Shown here one piece after another: positions 49,632 through 63,327 of a DNA stretch of 64,000 nt. Position numbers and translations under genes: made by a program. Origin of the DNA: Tubulanus polymorphus. Its lineage: Eukaryota > Animalia > Nemertea. The notes under the pieces were generated by a model that saw nothing but the letters and a program-made list of their open reading frames with translations, was not told the origin of the DNA and did not search any database. Location of the stretch: contig NC_134034.1 of the NCBI RefSeq assembly GCF_964204645.1, positions 2,666,072 to 2,730,071 on the forward strand. The letters run 5' to 3'. How positions within the stretch are numbered: position 1 is the first letter of the stretch; each line of letters opens with the position of its first letter.

Positions 49632-51809
49632 TAATACGAAACTTAATGGGCAAAAGTTTTATTACAAGGGTTTCGTATTTTCAAGGGTTTCAATGGATTC
49701 GTATCAGCAATGTATGGGAATCGTCGTTTTAAGCGCGTTTCAATCGTATCAACTAGGTTCAACTCGTTAGCCACTTATAAGTAGGCCTACGGACGTAGCC
49801 CCCGTAGCGATTAACGCTATCAACAACCGTTGTGAGAAAATTGTTCAAAAAAAATTATTGAAAAAACTTGAAAAATATATCAGATTGCAGAACCCTTTGA
49901 TTACCAGCATTTTTTTAGATTCATCATTGCCGCCAGCGCAGTCTACGACAAAAAGTGATACATTTCATTAGAATTCAAACCAGGCCTGGTTCGATTTTTA
50001 ATTCATAATTGGTAAACGAACAAGCGCCGGGTTATAGATTCGTTCACAACGCGCACGATTGTACCCATAAATAAACCGGAACGCGCGGTATCAATTGCCG
50101 CTATCGCGTGAGCGAAGTTCAAATGCCGTATTGCGCGGTTCCTCGCGCGCGGTTGACGTCATCGTTACGAGGCGACTCAATATCGGACAGAAAATGCGGG
50201 GGTAACCAGTGGTACGAACCGGATGGCGCAACAATTCTCACGGCTACAAGGGTAGATCGGATCTGAAGACGACCACTATATCGGGGTTAACACAACTTAT
50301 AAAAATGACATAATCCAGGGCTCAGTTTTCTAGGGGTTAATTGAAAATGAATTGAGTTAGCCCCCGGTTTAAAGTTGATACCAGTCTATAAAACCGGGCG
50401 ACGACGACGACAGAAAACTAGATGTCCAACTGGAGAGAGATCTTTATTTGACTGCCCAGTACAAATTCTACACAGGTTTATATACAGGCAAGAATCATGA
50501 AGTATTAAAATAGCTTTTATCAAAATAGTGCCGGTTTAGGGTTTTTAACAATAAAATGTACTAGGTAACCGATCAATACAGAGAGGACTGTATGGTAGGT
50601 TTTAGCCAAATGCTATGAATTAGAGTTCAACAATGGGATTAAATAAACACAATAAGATCAGAAGTTACAACCGAGGAATATTCAATAAATGTTTCTAACA
50701 GGCTATTTGGTGCGATTTCCAAGCAATACGTAGATGAAGCCCTGATGCAAATTGCTCGGTTTAAAAAAAAAATTACTGCATTGAGATGTAGTTTCCTGGC
50801 AATAAATTTGAAATCCTGAATGTTGTGGCTTTTTTGCTTAGAATTATAAGCAATGTGCCTTTTTTATCCTTTGGGATTGATAGGGGTGACTAAATGTGCC
50901 CTTAACTTTGGGATGGAAAATAAAAAGTGAATTCGAAGTGAGGAGAACTGATGGCATAACATTATGTAGCTCATTAACATAATAGCGGGGATGTAGAAAC
51001 TTATGAAAAAAGAACTTTTTTTTAAATGAGAAATTCAAAACGTGCCACGAATGCGAATGAGTATCAAAATATCAAACCAAAGTTCATCGTCGTTTTTCGC
51101 GGCTTATAGGATTTATTTAAGGGGGGGGGGGTCGCATATCAAAGCGGTAGATTTCTTGTAAAAAGCACGACGGATCTTATTGATCAGAAGGGATTATCGC
51201 GGTTATGAATTCAATGCCGATTCCCAAGCGAACTGTATCAGAGAGCGGAACACGAGCGGCCGATATTTTTGATAAACATTAAGGTTATAATCCACAGTTG
51301 ATATTAGAACGTTTATTGTCTGATAGTTTCTGAGTTTATCTAAACTCCACCGTCAGAGAAACCCTAATTGATGTGTTAACCATCATATCATCTGATGAGA
51401 ACATATACATCATATGATGTCAATCATCATATCATCTGAATAATCTGATGTTGTTAAGATAGACTCCAAAACTGTCAGAAAACTAAACGCTTTATCATCG
51501 GTTGTGGGTTTTACTTAAGACCCACTAGGGTTACACACTTTTACTTGCACTCGGGACGTAAAACTCTTCTAAACTCTTACTTGTTAACTCTAAGTACTGA
51601 TATTAAAATGATTCGTCCAGTCATATTTAGGTTCGTTGTATATTGAAATGAAGACCGCCTCCAGTGGTGGCTGTCGACTGTTTGTGAGTCGTGGTCCATC
51701 TCTCCCTATCTCCATTTTTTGTCAATATTGTGTTCACCCTCCCCCCTAGAAATATCTACAGTACCTAAACAAATTTCGCTAGCTGCTCGGAAAATAAATC
51801 CGGAGTCGC

Positions 51810-52154
51810 CAGAACGTTATCCTCCGTCGGCAGGGATTCGAACCTGATGGCATCGCTACACTCAGCCTCGGCACGAACTCCTGCCACAGTAGACCGGGTG
51901 CGCAGGTACATGTGCAGGTTAAACGCGCGAAAACTTACGGCACCAGTGATTGTAACTATTTTACGATTACTCTCGTTGTATAATCGCTGAGACAAATTTC
52001 ACCGAAGAACTATACACGGGAAAACCCGGGCTAAAATGAAACGGGATATCTGGCTGATAATGTCATCATCTAAGCTGCGCGTGTAGCTGCGCACTCGGTC
52101 TAGTGTGGCAGGGTTTCGTACCGTGGCATTCTCGATGCCGTCAGGTTCGAATCC
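51810..52154. mobile_element. Two inverted copies of a tRNA-related SINE head (51810-51920 minus; 52072-52154 plus)
   Basis: Both read ...gcgcac.cggtcta.tgtggcagg..ttcgt.ccg.ggc......cgatgcc.tcaggttcgaatcc (B box). Confidence 0.65.
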
Positions 52155-54077
52155 ATTTATCATCATCTTTTTTACATAAATAAAAGCCAGCCTATACAGA
52201 CTTACGTACAAAACAAATAAAAGTTAGTGGATAAATTATCCATATTAATATCTAAGAGTTCCTTGATTTTAGCGAATAATGTAATACGACTATCCCTATA
52301 TTCACTATATTCTAGACATTCACACAAAAAGTGAATTTCTGTCTCGACTACTCGCTCGGGACAAGAAGGGCATAGTCTCTCTTCCGCTGGTAGGTTCCTA
52401 TACCTTCCTAGCTTTTATATATCTTCACGCATTGATACAAAGTATGAAGAAACAAATGCGATAGACAATACAAGGAAGAGCATTAACATGCCATAAACAT
52501 TCAAGACACTGAGGACTAATTACTTTGCAAACGCGACTGGCAAATACAAGTTGCTGTTTGTTCTGAGTGATTTTCATTGTTTGTTTCACAAAGAAAGAAG
52601 GCGGCTTCGCAAACGTTCAATCTTGAATGATTATGCAAAATTAAATCGTTGAGTTTACGTGATTGACATGACAAAATGAACATTCCAGCTGCGCTTTAAC
52701 TAACCTTCGACTTGGGACGTATATAGTCGACCAAAGGCACTCTAATCCAGGTCAATATTGTAGACGAATGAAAAGGTACCACAATTTCGCGATATTATTT
52801 TGAGGAATTTTTGATGCAGACCACAGTAACTAGTTAGAAATTTGATTTCTCTCATTCAGGATTTAACTTCCCCGCGATTGCGGAATGGGATCCGAAGACG
52901 ACAAAATTCTGGGAACACTTGCTCACAATTTTGTTCGTTTGTTTTTGCATCACTTCGCTTCTAAAATTAAGCCAATATTCTTAGATAGTTCCTTTCTATT
53001 TCCCCTAAGGAACCATGCATTTTTCTCATATCAGTTACATTCAAACAGCCACTCAGAATGCCCCTACTTCCTCCGTCTCTTACGAAGAAGAGAGGAACGG
53101 TCATCAATGGCAGGAGCCGAGTCTCCCGAAGGAAACAGCTCCTACCGGCTTCGCGCTCAGAAGCAGGGACTTCAGCTCGTCACCGTGGTGTTGAGGTCGG
53201 AATCACATTTGCGTGACGTCCTAGCGATACATACTATAGAAATGATCCCTAAAAGTATGATCTTAACAATCCGGCCGTCGACTAAACGATTATATACTTG
53301 ATTTCTGGTGTCGAAGTGTTCGGTGTTACAAGATTTCACCTATATATATTAATACCACTCATTTAGATATAATATGTGGAATTTCCTATTTCCTTAATAT
53401 TTACATACATTTAAATGTCTATATTTAATGATTTTTACAGTCCAATTTGTACAAATAAGAACAATCGCATGAAATAAGTGAGCGTGGTCGCGCTACGATT
53501 GTCTAGTGAAGATCGGACACAACTCAAAAGCCGTCACCTATTCTATGGACTTCTATCGCGTGCCTTTCACGCGTTGCGCGCGCGAATAGCTCGCGAAATC
53601 TTATATCTCACACTGGGATATCTTTAAGAGTATCCGCGCAAAGTAGCGAGCGCCGACCCGTCCCACCACGCGGTGTAGGTACTGGCTTTATGAAAGATTA
53701 ATCCGCAAATTTTACGCAAAAGCTAATCCGATATCAGTGATTAGCTGCGAGATGGAAGTTCGACGAATGTAATTAGATTTGGCGGCAATTTGCCGAAATG
53801 GCGGCCAATCAATAATTCACGTGACAATTGCGGCGTTACGTCACCAGTCTCGGAGGCCAGGCGTCGTATTTTACGGCGGTAATTGGCTGCGAATGAAAGA
53901 CTCGGCTATGATTGAATAAACGAGTGAATTTTAATCAGGCCACAGAACACGAGTATAACTCGATTTACAAAGACGACGAAAAATGCAAATTGCATTGATT
54001 CCGGTGGCGCCGCTCTAGCAGTGAGCGTCGGCGCTTTCGATTGTCCAGTTCGACTTGCGAAATCTCTCGACCCAGAT

Positions 54078-54400
54078 CCGCAGTTGTGTGGTTTAATTTG
54101 ACTCTGAACTCGTTTCCACTGAGTGGGTTTAATTTGACTCTGAATCTAGTTCCACAGTTGTGCGGGTTTAATTTGAGTCTGAATCCAGTTCCACACTGTT
54201 GTGTGGGTTTAATTCGACTTCGAACCAAGTTCCACAGTTTTGTGGGATTAATTTGACTGATTCTGAATCCAGTTCCACAGTTGTATGGGTTTAATTTGAC
54301 TCTGGATCCAGTTCCACAGTTGTGCGGTTTTAATTTGACTCTGAATCCAGTTCCACAGTGCTGTGTGGGTTTGATTCGACTTCGAACCAAGTTCCACGGT
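54078..54400. repeat. ~39-42-bp minisatellite (second cluster 58705-58910)
   Basis: Unit aatccagttccacagttgtgtgggtttaatttgactctg. Confidence 0.9.
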
Positions 54401-54621
54401 GCAAGTTTAATATCACTCTGGACACAATCGAGTAAAATGTTGTTTTTTTCCCAGATATTTACTGCTTCGATAAACTGCTTTGTAAAAAGGTTAAGCCGTA
54501 ACCGTTTCTATCTTACTGTTCGAAGTAAAAGCACGTATTCGTCAAGTGTTTAGAAATCGATCATGAAATCCAATTCGTGATTTATGTAACAAACAATCTA
54601 TTTAAGTAAGAAGCGAAATAA

Positions 54622-54992
54622 TCCTCTTATCCTTTCTCTCCTCTTACCTATTTTCTCTGCATTTCTCGGCACCGATGCTGCTCTCTCCAACCCTCACCCT
54701 CTCTCATATCTATTCAGCCTTTTCTCCTCTTTTGCATTCCTCTCCCTCAGTCCTCTGTCCCCCTCCTCTCCCCCTCTCCCTCCTCTCTCCTCTCTGCTAT
54801 CCCTCCAGCATTCTCCTTTCTATCATCTCTCTCTTCTCCCTCCTCTCTCCACTACTAGGTTTTTTCTTCTCTTTCCTGTGCCTCCCTCTCCTCTCCTCTC
54901 ATCTCCTCTCTACCTCTCTCGTGACTTCTCTCCTCGGTTTTCTCTCCACTCTTCTCTCCCCTCTCCTCATTTCTCTCCATATCTCCTCTCCT
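54622..54992. repeat. CT-rich low-complexity (polypyrimidine) tract
   Basis: Direct reading. Confidence 0.9.
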
Positions 54993-56816
54993 CAAGGAAG
55001 AATCGACGGCGCTGGCATGAAACGAATAATTCTTTAAACAATTCATTCATTTTTTCGCTATTTTCGGATTCACAACGAATGGGATGTTAATCAATCGATA
55101 ATAAACAACCATACGCGATTATTGTTACAATTATCGATTTCAACTGCGACCAGCAGACGATATCATACATTATGAATGCAAAATGGCGGCGTGATCCTTT
55201 TCAATTTCAAGTTGAAGTTTCTCTCTCGCGTCGAGGAGTATCGGCCTTCTTCTTGCCACCACCCGCTATCAATTAAGATTTACACGCGAAAATAATCATA
55301 TTTGTTCAGTCGGTTTAAACGGCGTCGTAAATTATCATCGGCGCGTGTTTATTCAACGGTTTAAGATCAAGGCAGTTTTTCAAATTTTGCGGTGTAGCGG
55401 CGACAGAGCGAGGAGAGAGGGGAGGGGATCGGGGGAGATTTTAAATCGCGAAAAGGCCGGCGCGTATGCGCACGCACGCGCCAGACAGCGGTATAGGGCG
55501 GTGAGAAATAGACCTTCGGCGAGAGAGAGAGAGAGGGGGGAGAGCTACTCGATCTTACGACAAATAGCAAACGACGTGCGATACAATCAAACAGTGGGAA
55601 ATCTTTGAATTAATGATATTTGAATAAAAGATCGGGTTACGCGAACGCGCGCGCGGAGTCTGCCCGTTTATCAGAGACAGAACCATCGAATGAAACCATC
55701 GTTTATTAGCGATTTATTAACATTCAAAGAAACTTCATCAGGCATGAGATTAAAATATTTACAACGGCTCACAATATCAATTTCAACAACTGTAATTGTG
55801 TTTTCTTTTCCTAAGTCTCGGGTATAGAATCCCTCCAACCATCTTCAGAGCTTTTTGTTTTTTTTTGGTTTTTGTTTTCAAAAAATTCAGGAAAAACTGG
55901 TTTCATAACTGATTAGTTTCCTTTTTTAACAAACAGGACATTATAATTCCCAACCAGTTTGGTTTGAATTTGAATTTATTTTGCATTTCAAAATTACATT
56001 ATAGATAGGAAAACTTGACAGGATTCCGTTTGAATTCTTTTACAATATAGCGAATGTGTGATGAAAATATAGGGGACCCAGAGGAGTAAAAAAGTCACTA
56101 ATATACAAATGTTTTCGTCCTAACTAATCTTCCAACCAGCCTGAACCGGCTAGCGACTGATTTTGGTATCTAAATTTGAGACGTGTTCACGGAATTCATG
56201 CCTAATTTCAAATCAGCGCCATTGCATCTCTATCGAACGGAACTTAATTTCTAGAGGTTTTTTCTCGTTCTTCGATGGCCCGTCAGTTGGAAACGGACTT
56301 AAGCAGCGACAATGCATCGGTTAGGTGCAAAAAAAACGCGGTGGATTACTAAGAAGATGATCGACCATAGCCCGCAGGCGCCGCCGCCGCCGCCGCCGCC
56401 GCCACCGCAATAGAATCGGTATACGCAGAAGTTTTAGATTTCAAAGTAAAAATATTTCCCAATAACCTTACATAATGCACGAAGTTTCCGAAATAAGCGG
56501 ATTTATGTTCGAGGATTAATTTCTTGCGAAAAAAAACCTCAACGATGTTTAAATGGAAAGGACAATAAACAACGTCAGCCGAGTAGGTTCTGATACCCGC
56601 TATCGCGTCGTCAAAGAATGACGTCACTTTAGAAAACCTTGGAAAACTCTTTTGATCTCCGATACGTCGACTTTATACTAGGAACCTGGTACAGATCAAA
56701 GTATCGTCAGGCACTGTTGATACAAACACTACCAGGAATGAGGGTGAAGCGGTAACCAACCCCACTGCCCATCCCCGCCGGAGCGCCCCTTGCCGTGCAG
56801 TGCAAAATACCACCAA

Positions 56817-57530
56817 GTTCGAATCGTCTACTAGGGGCAGGAGTTTGTACTGTGACCGGACGTATAAACTAGATCTAGTTTATACGTCCATGCTGTGACA
56901 GAGTCTCATGATGTCATCAGGTTCAAATCCCTGTTGAGGGAGGATGTGTCTACTAAGGGGCAGGGGTTTGTACTGTGATAGAGTCTCGTGATGTCATCAG
57001 GTTTGAATCCCTGTTGAGGGAGGATGTGTCTACTAGGGGCAGGGGTTTGTACTGTGATAGAGTCTCACGATGTCATCGGGTTCAAATCCCTGCTGAGGGA
57101 GGATGTGTCTACTAGGGGCAGGGGTTTGTACTGTGACAGAGTCTCATGATGTCATCAGGTTTGAATCCCTGTTGAGGGAGGATGTGTCTACTAGGGGCAG
57201 GGGTTTGTACTGTGACAGAGTCTCACGATGTCATCAGGTTCAAATCTCTGCTGAGGGAGGATGTGTCTACTAGGGGCAGGGGTTTGTACTGTGACAGAGT
57301 CTCATGATGTCATCAGGTTCAAATCCCTGCTGAGGGAGGTTGTGTCTACTAGGGCAGGGGTCTGTACTGTGACAGAGTCTCATGATGTCATCAGGTTCAA
57401 ATCCCTGCTGAGGTAGGATGTGTCTACTAGGACAGGGGTTTGTACTGTGACAGAGTCTCACGATGTCATCAGGTTCAAATCCCTGCTGAGGGAGGATGTG
57501 CCTACTAGGGCAGGGGTTTGTACTGTCACA
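56817..57530 (+). repeat. 79-bp minisatellite derived from the SINE head at 51810-52154 (~8.5 units)
   Basis: Unit gtctactaggggcaggggtttgtactgtgacagagtctcatgatgtcatcaggttcaaatccctgctgagggaggatgt; each unit has a B-box-like GGTTCAAATCC. Confidence 0.9.
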
Positions 57531-59659
57531 GATATGTCATCATGTCCCTGCCGCCGGAGATGCGTTCAACGATTTTCTAGCAGACTACACACGTTTCCGG
57601 CTTTTCTCCACGCCGATGAAGACGTCGCACGCTGTGGCGGGAAGGATTTGTCGGGGCTTTGCGCCTGGCGCGTTTGTCGGCTTGACTTTTAGATAAAACC
57701 AACACGGCCGGAAATATAATCGTATTTTGTCGGTGCTACGTCGATAGGATTACTCTCATAAGACGCGCTCAGACGTGATACCCCGATCAAATCGGATCCA
57801 CTGTCCTTCTTTCTTCGTCTATCGATATATAAACTTTCATATATATTAATGTATTTACGTGTATTAGTCAGCCTACACACAATCTTGCGAATTAAAAGGG
57901 ACGATTTGAGGACACCGTATCTTCTTTATACATAGGAAGCAAACACGTTCGCTTCAATCGTAAATAAGGCTACGACGTTTGTTGTAGATTGCGTAATGGT
58001 CTCAAGTCGTTCGATTGGCTAAGGAACCAAAATGAGTTAAGACTGCCCTCAAGTCGTTGGGTTGAACCAAAAGGAACGTAACACCGATCTTCAAGTTGTC
58101 AGATTAGCTATAGAACCAACATGGCCTTAGTCTGCCCGAATTTTTTTAAGTTGAATATATAGAACCAAACCGATCTCAGGTTTGGTCTAGAGCTGTTATA
58201 GATCGTCCTAAGAACCAATATGGGGTTCGACTGGTATTAAGTTGCCTTAGATTAACTATAGAACGAAAATGAGCTTAGATCGGTCTTAAGTTGTAAGATG
58301 CACTTTATAACCAGAATGCGCTTCGACTGATCGGTCAAATGCACTTAAGACTTAAGACTAAGACTTAAGCGAACACAACACGGTTTATACGAGAGACTTG
58401 TCGAGGACTTCTCCCTGATGACTTATCCCTCGGTAGAATATATCCTCATCTATGAAAACTCTGCGTTACCGTCTAAAAATACACTTAGCATTCAACGGGT
58501 AAGCCGGTTACGTGACCGATCATGTGGGATTTGTTGAGCCGATTCGATAAGTGATTTTCAGACAAGATTCCCGCGCGTTAAACGGTTACATGTTTCTCCG
58601 TTATAAAACTATCAAGGGGGATTTCAACACACGTCCTCACTAGCCACAGCAGGCCTCTCGCGAAAACATGGTCTCATCACGACAAATCTTGAAAAAATGG
58701 ATGTGGGTTCACAGTTTTGTGGACTCTGAACCCAGTTCCACAGTTGTGTGGGTTTCCACTCTAGATTTCCACAGTTGCGTGGGGTTTAATTTGACCTGAA
58801 CCCAGTTCCACAGTTGTGTGGGTTTAATTTGACACTAGACCCAGTTCCACAGTTGTGTGGGTTTGACCCTGAAACAAGTTCCACAGTTGTTTGGGTTAAA
58901 TTTGATTCTGTATCGTCCGCAGAATTTTGCGTGGGTTCTCGCCAAAAAACGCCCTGTGCGTCAAAATCTAATAAGCATTTTAAGTAACAACATATTCTAC
59001 AGAAAAAGAAAAACCAACTTCATTTGTTCGAATTTATTTTAGGCGACGATGAAGTCGATCATCAGACGCATTTTTAATAACGATTTTAGCTTTCGTCGTT
59101 AAATTCAAATGAAAAATCGATGCGTACGTTCTAAATAAAATAGCGCGGCACAAAAAGTCACCTGCAAACTGAGTCTTCACATTGTTATATAAACATATCG
59201 ATTTTACGCGACAATCTTTATACTTTATTGTTGGCCGTTGGGCAATACGGCAATTTTTCTAGTAATTATTTACGATGTTTAAAATTCTACACGGTAAATG
59301 TTTATGTTTAAGAATAGGTAGGTTTACGGTTGCAAAATCGATTCTAGTGTGAATCGCTTTAATTTATCTCCACCAAAGCGCCCGGCTCCGGGCTAACGTC
59401 TCCGCAAATGGTCTATTTAGATTGTCGATACTTGTTTGCGCAGGCACTTGGCAATTGGCCCAGTGTTTAAAATGTGCCTTAAAATAAATTTTCGATTTGA
59501 ATACTTCATCACGGTCTTAAGATCGTGACAAAAATAGGAGATGTCTGAAACTGTGCAAATATTAAGATCCGGGTGACTCCCTGTTGAATGGGTTGTAATC
59601 GATAATTTCACCTGTGGAAGGTGAGGGTCACTTAGTGCATTAGTGTCCAGTCAGAGGAC

Positions 59660-60375
59660 GGACATCTACTACTTTGGAAATAGAGGATTCCACTTGTGGC
59701 AATTCAGGGCCCGACAGGTGTCGCCAGTGTGCAGTAGGACTTCAAAACTACTGTGGCATAGGGGATTCCACTTCTGGCAAGTGAGAATCCACCAGGTGTC
59801 ACTAGTGTGCAGTAGGACATCAACTACTACAGCAATAGAGGATTCCAAATGTGGCAATTAAGGATCCGCCAGGTGTCGCCAGTGTGCAGTAGGACATCAA
59901 CATCCCGATTGATCTTTTTGCTCAATCACCTAAAGATCTTGCAGTTTTTTGCAAGAAACTTATAAAAAATGGAATTTGTCTACTAAATGACTGCTCTCAT
60001 TTACATTTTTATAAAGTGTTATATTTGGATGTACATCTCTATGCTTGGAGTAATGATTCAAACGATTACTCCAAGCTCTATGCTTGGATAGTTCTAATTA
60101 GTTACTATGTCATTTTCTGTTTGTTCATTTTAATTAAACAAGTATATTGTGTTATTGAATTTGTAATTTTGTATGCCGTGTTATACATCTGTAAATCTTG
60201 TGTTGTCCCTCTAATACCTGTAATGGGTTTGAGTGTAAATAAAATAATCAACACACTAACTACTGTGGATCCGCCATGTGTCGCCAGTGTGCAGTAGGAC
60301 ATCAACACACTAACTACAGTGGCAACAGAGCATTCCACTTGTGGTAAGTGAGGATCTTATAGGTGTCGCTAGTAG
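59660..60375 (+). repeat. 77-bp satellite cluster split by a ~340-bp retroelement-like insertion
   Basis: Units stop at aggacatcaaca (~59902) and resume at atcaacacactaactac (~60247). Confidence 0.75.
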
Positions 60376-63243
60376 TTCCTCGGTGTTTCGCTGCTAAATT
60401 TCAATCAGAACGCGGTTAGAGGGATCTCACAACTCATGGAGCCCATAAACAGATTCAGTCAGTATATTTGCAAAAATACACTGATTTCTCATTCATTTGT
60501 GTCATTACCTGCTGTCATTTTGACGCGCGTTAGTTAATGACGGTTGGGATTTCGCTTGATATCTATTTCAAATTCATAAATGCAGAAACAATATGAGCAG
60601 CTAAGAGAATGACGGATGAAAATTATCCCCCAGGTATTAGTTTCATCGCGCGCGTTTTAAGTCGGATTTCTACCCGAGAATATAGAAAACTAAATGCGTG
60701 TGTGGGATGTGTGCATTGAAGGTGGAATCTACCCTGGCAATCGAGGAAACCGGGAACATCCGAGAATGCTAGACTTATAGTAAAATAACTGGAAAACTGA
60801 TATTAAGTCGAGAGACTGTCTTTTATTTGCTTGTTCACCTTCGTTTGATTCGGTGTCCACACCCACCACGTACGTATCTGCCGCGAGCGAAACAGGCCAT
60901 TTTTGAATCTGATTTTCGAAGTACGGATATTCTCGTGTGATCGTCCAATCTATAGAAGTTTTTGTTTAAATGGAAGAACATAATATTGCGAAATTACCAG
61001 TTCCGGTTCAATTCAAACAATCTTCCAACCCTGAACCGGCAAGCGACTGATTATAGGGTCAATTTTGTTAGTTGTCTAATTTAAAACATCGAGATTTCGG
61101 AAATAACTATATACTATAAGGTTGAAGATCATTTTGTCAATTTAAATGTCCTTTAAGCAAAACACACCCGAACTTGTAGCATACACAGACTATTATGACT
61201 TATCTAGAACTTGAACAAGTCGATACGTACAATAATTTGTCTACACCCTTTTTGCCCATATATGAAGCAGTAATAACTTACAGTAATACGACTATAACAG
61301 CTTTAAAGCAATTAAGTAATCCATAATCCAGTAAACAATATAAATAGCCTACTACAATCGCGAGTTATTTGGAGTTATTTGGTGCTCTTGAATGCAAAAA
61401 TAAAACCATATCGAATGCGGATAACAATTTAGTTGCGCGTAGTAAAAGTCGAAATGATTAAAGTTTGAATTGATGATTGACAGTATAGTTTTTATGCGTA
61501 CGTGTGTAGATTTTTTTCCCGAACCGACGATAGATATATTCAAAAGTTTTCGTTTTATATACAGATATTGATTAGCGTGTCGTTAGATTCAATGAAACGT
61601 CGATTCGATAATTCCGTTCGTACGAAATGTAAAATTCGATCGTGATTCTCGAAGAGATATTTTTATATGCTATTTATTGTGGCAGGTTACTACTATTCTG
61701 ATGACCTAGACTGATCCGTCCAATCAGAATCGGGCACATCCACGTGTACACAATAAGGCTCATAAAATTGATATCACGGGAAATGGTTTTTAGTATCAGA
61801 GCTGCATCGATTTAGATTTGTTTGACCTAGAATTGAGCACGATTTATCCTGTCATCTTTTTGATTGATTTGATGACATTTTCGGTGCTTTTTACTTAAGA
61901 AAAAAACCAACCAGACCTGCCGGGAACACAATGAAAGTAACGCTGATTTGTAAAGTTAATTTTATCATCATTTGCTCAGCAAGAAAGAAACACTTGCCTT
62001 GAGCCCAGAAAGAACTGGAAAGCTTGAAATTTTATTGACGTTCATTATTAGCAAATAATTCTCAATACTGTCATCAGTGAATAACATAATTTCCTACGAC
62101 CAATGAAATTGTTTCGAATTTGAATATATCGACAATTGAATTGAATCGACCGGTAACCGGTAACCGGTCGAGCCCAAATATCGATGACGTAGTACACGTT
62201 CGCTCAAAAATTCGTTTCCAAAAATGCGTGAAAATCTATTGAATAGAAAATATGAAAACTATTTAATTACGAAATCAAATTTTCACCGCGTTAATCGTTA
62301 TTTTGAAACACAAACATTGATGACGTAGTCCACATCGACTCGCAGAAGCCCTTAGAGATATTTTAAAGAAATTATTGAAAAACTTATTGTAACGGGTTTT
62401 ACGACCCAAAAAAATAAACAATGTATGTATGAATGTATTTCAAAGCATATTGATTATCATACATTTAACGCGGATATTGATTACAGCACAATCCATTTTT
62501 CTCTGATTGGTTAAAACAAATCTCAGTTACTCGGCCCTCTGATTGGTTGCTTACGAAAGTTAGGCAAACTATCAACAATTCAACGGATACTCTCTGATTT
62601 CACGCGAAACGAATGTATAACGCCACGCGGCCTTAAATCGGCAGAGACTAAATAAAAACCATCATCATCATCGGCAGGATTTTTATCAAAACAAACAGCA
62701 AAATATTGATAGATTTTATGAAATAGATAGAATAAAAGTCGTCACTCGCCGCCGAAACGTCGCATCGCGCAAACGGCTTTTGTGTGCTTAACGCTAAAAC
62801 GCGGTAAATCTAATGATGCCGGATGGATTCGGTTTTGACGTTAATACCACTGCGGACACCGCCGCCTGCTTTCGTGCGGGTAATAACCGTCATAAAAATC
62901 TGCCAGCAACAGATTTGTCATCATCGGTGTCGCCGTAAACCGATTTGAAATTGATGACTTCTGACGCCTGTAGTGTGGCGACTAAATCACATTCGCCATC
63001 GTCACATATCCGCCCCGTCTGCGACTAGCGCGCGTGTCATGTGATATCGATTTATGATGTTTTTTTTTTCGGTTTCGAAAATGATTTTTAATGGCGATAA
63101 AACAAAAATGAAATAGAAATGCTTTTAAGGCAGGAAACTATTGGAAAATAGGTCTATGATTTAAAAAACATTAAACTATTAGAGCCAGGGTAGGTGTGGT
63201 GGGGGTGGGCGGGAGTTGGTAGATTCAATGTGTTTCGATTTAA

Positions 63244-63327
63244 GGTGACAGTGAAATAACGCACACTTACCAGGGTTCGAACCCGGGTCGCGTGCATAGA
63301 AAGCTAGCACGCTTACCAGTATGGGCC
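63244..63327 (-). mobile_element. tRNA-derived SINE (older copies at ~30150-30226 + and ~31065-31135 +)
   Basis: ggtaagcgtgctagctttctatgcacgcgacccgggttcgaaccctggtaag...atttcactgtcac; tail shared with the 30.2-kb copy; no intact cloverleaf. Confidence 0.6.

Noticed and set aside
48500-51040. Possible further LINE fragments at ~48500-48900 and ~50490-51040
   Set aside because: Composition is suggestive, but I could not read diagnostic RT motifs.
53965-55090. 141-aa and 120-aa ORFs
   Set aside because: Products of the 40-bp minisatellite and the CT-rich tract.
16393-57530. CRISPR interpretation of the 69-, 32-, 77-, 79- and 80-bp arrays
   Set aside because: No unique spacers, no cas genes, eukaryotic context.
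56949-57530. Tandem array of true tRNA genes
   Set aside because: Acceptor and T stems do not pair and the anticodon loop lacks U33; the units are SINE-derived.
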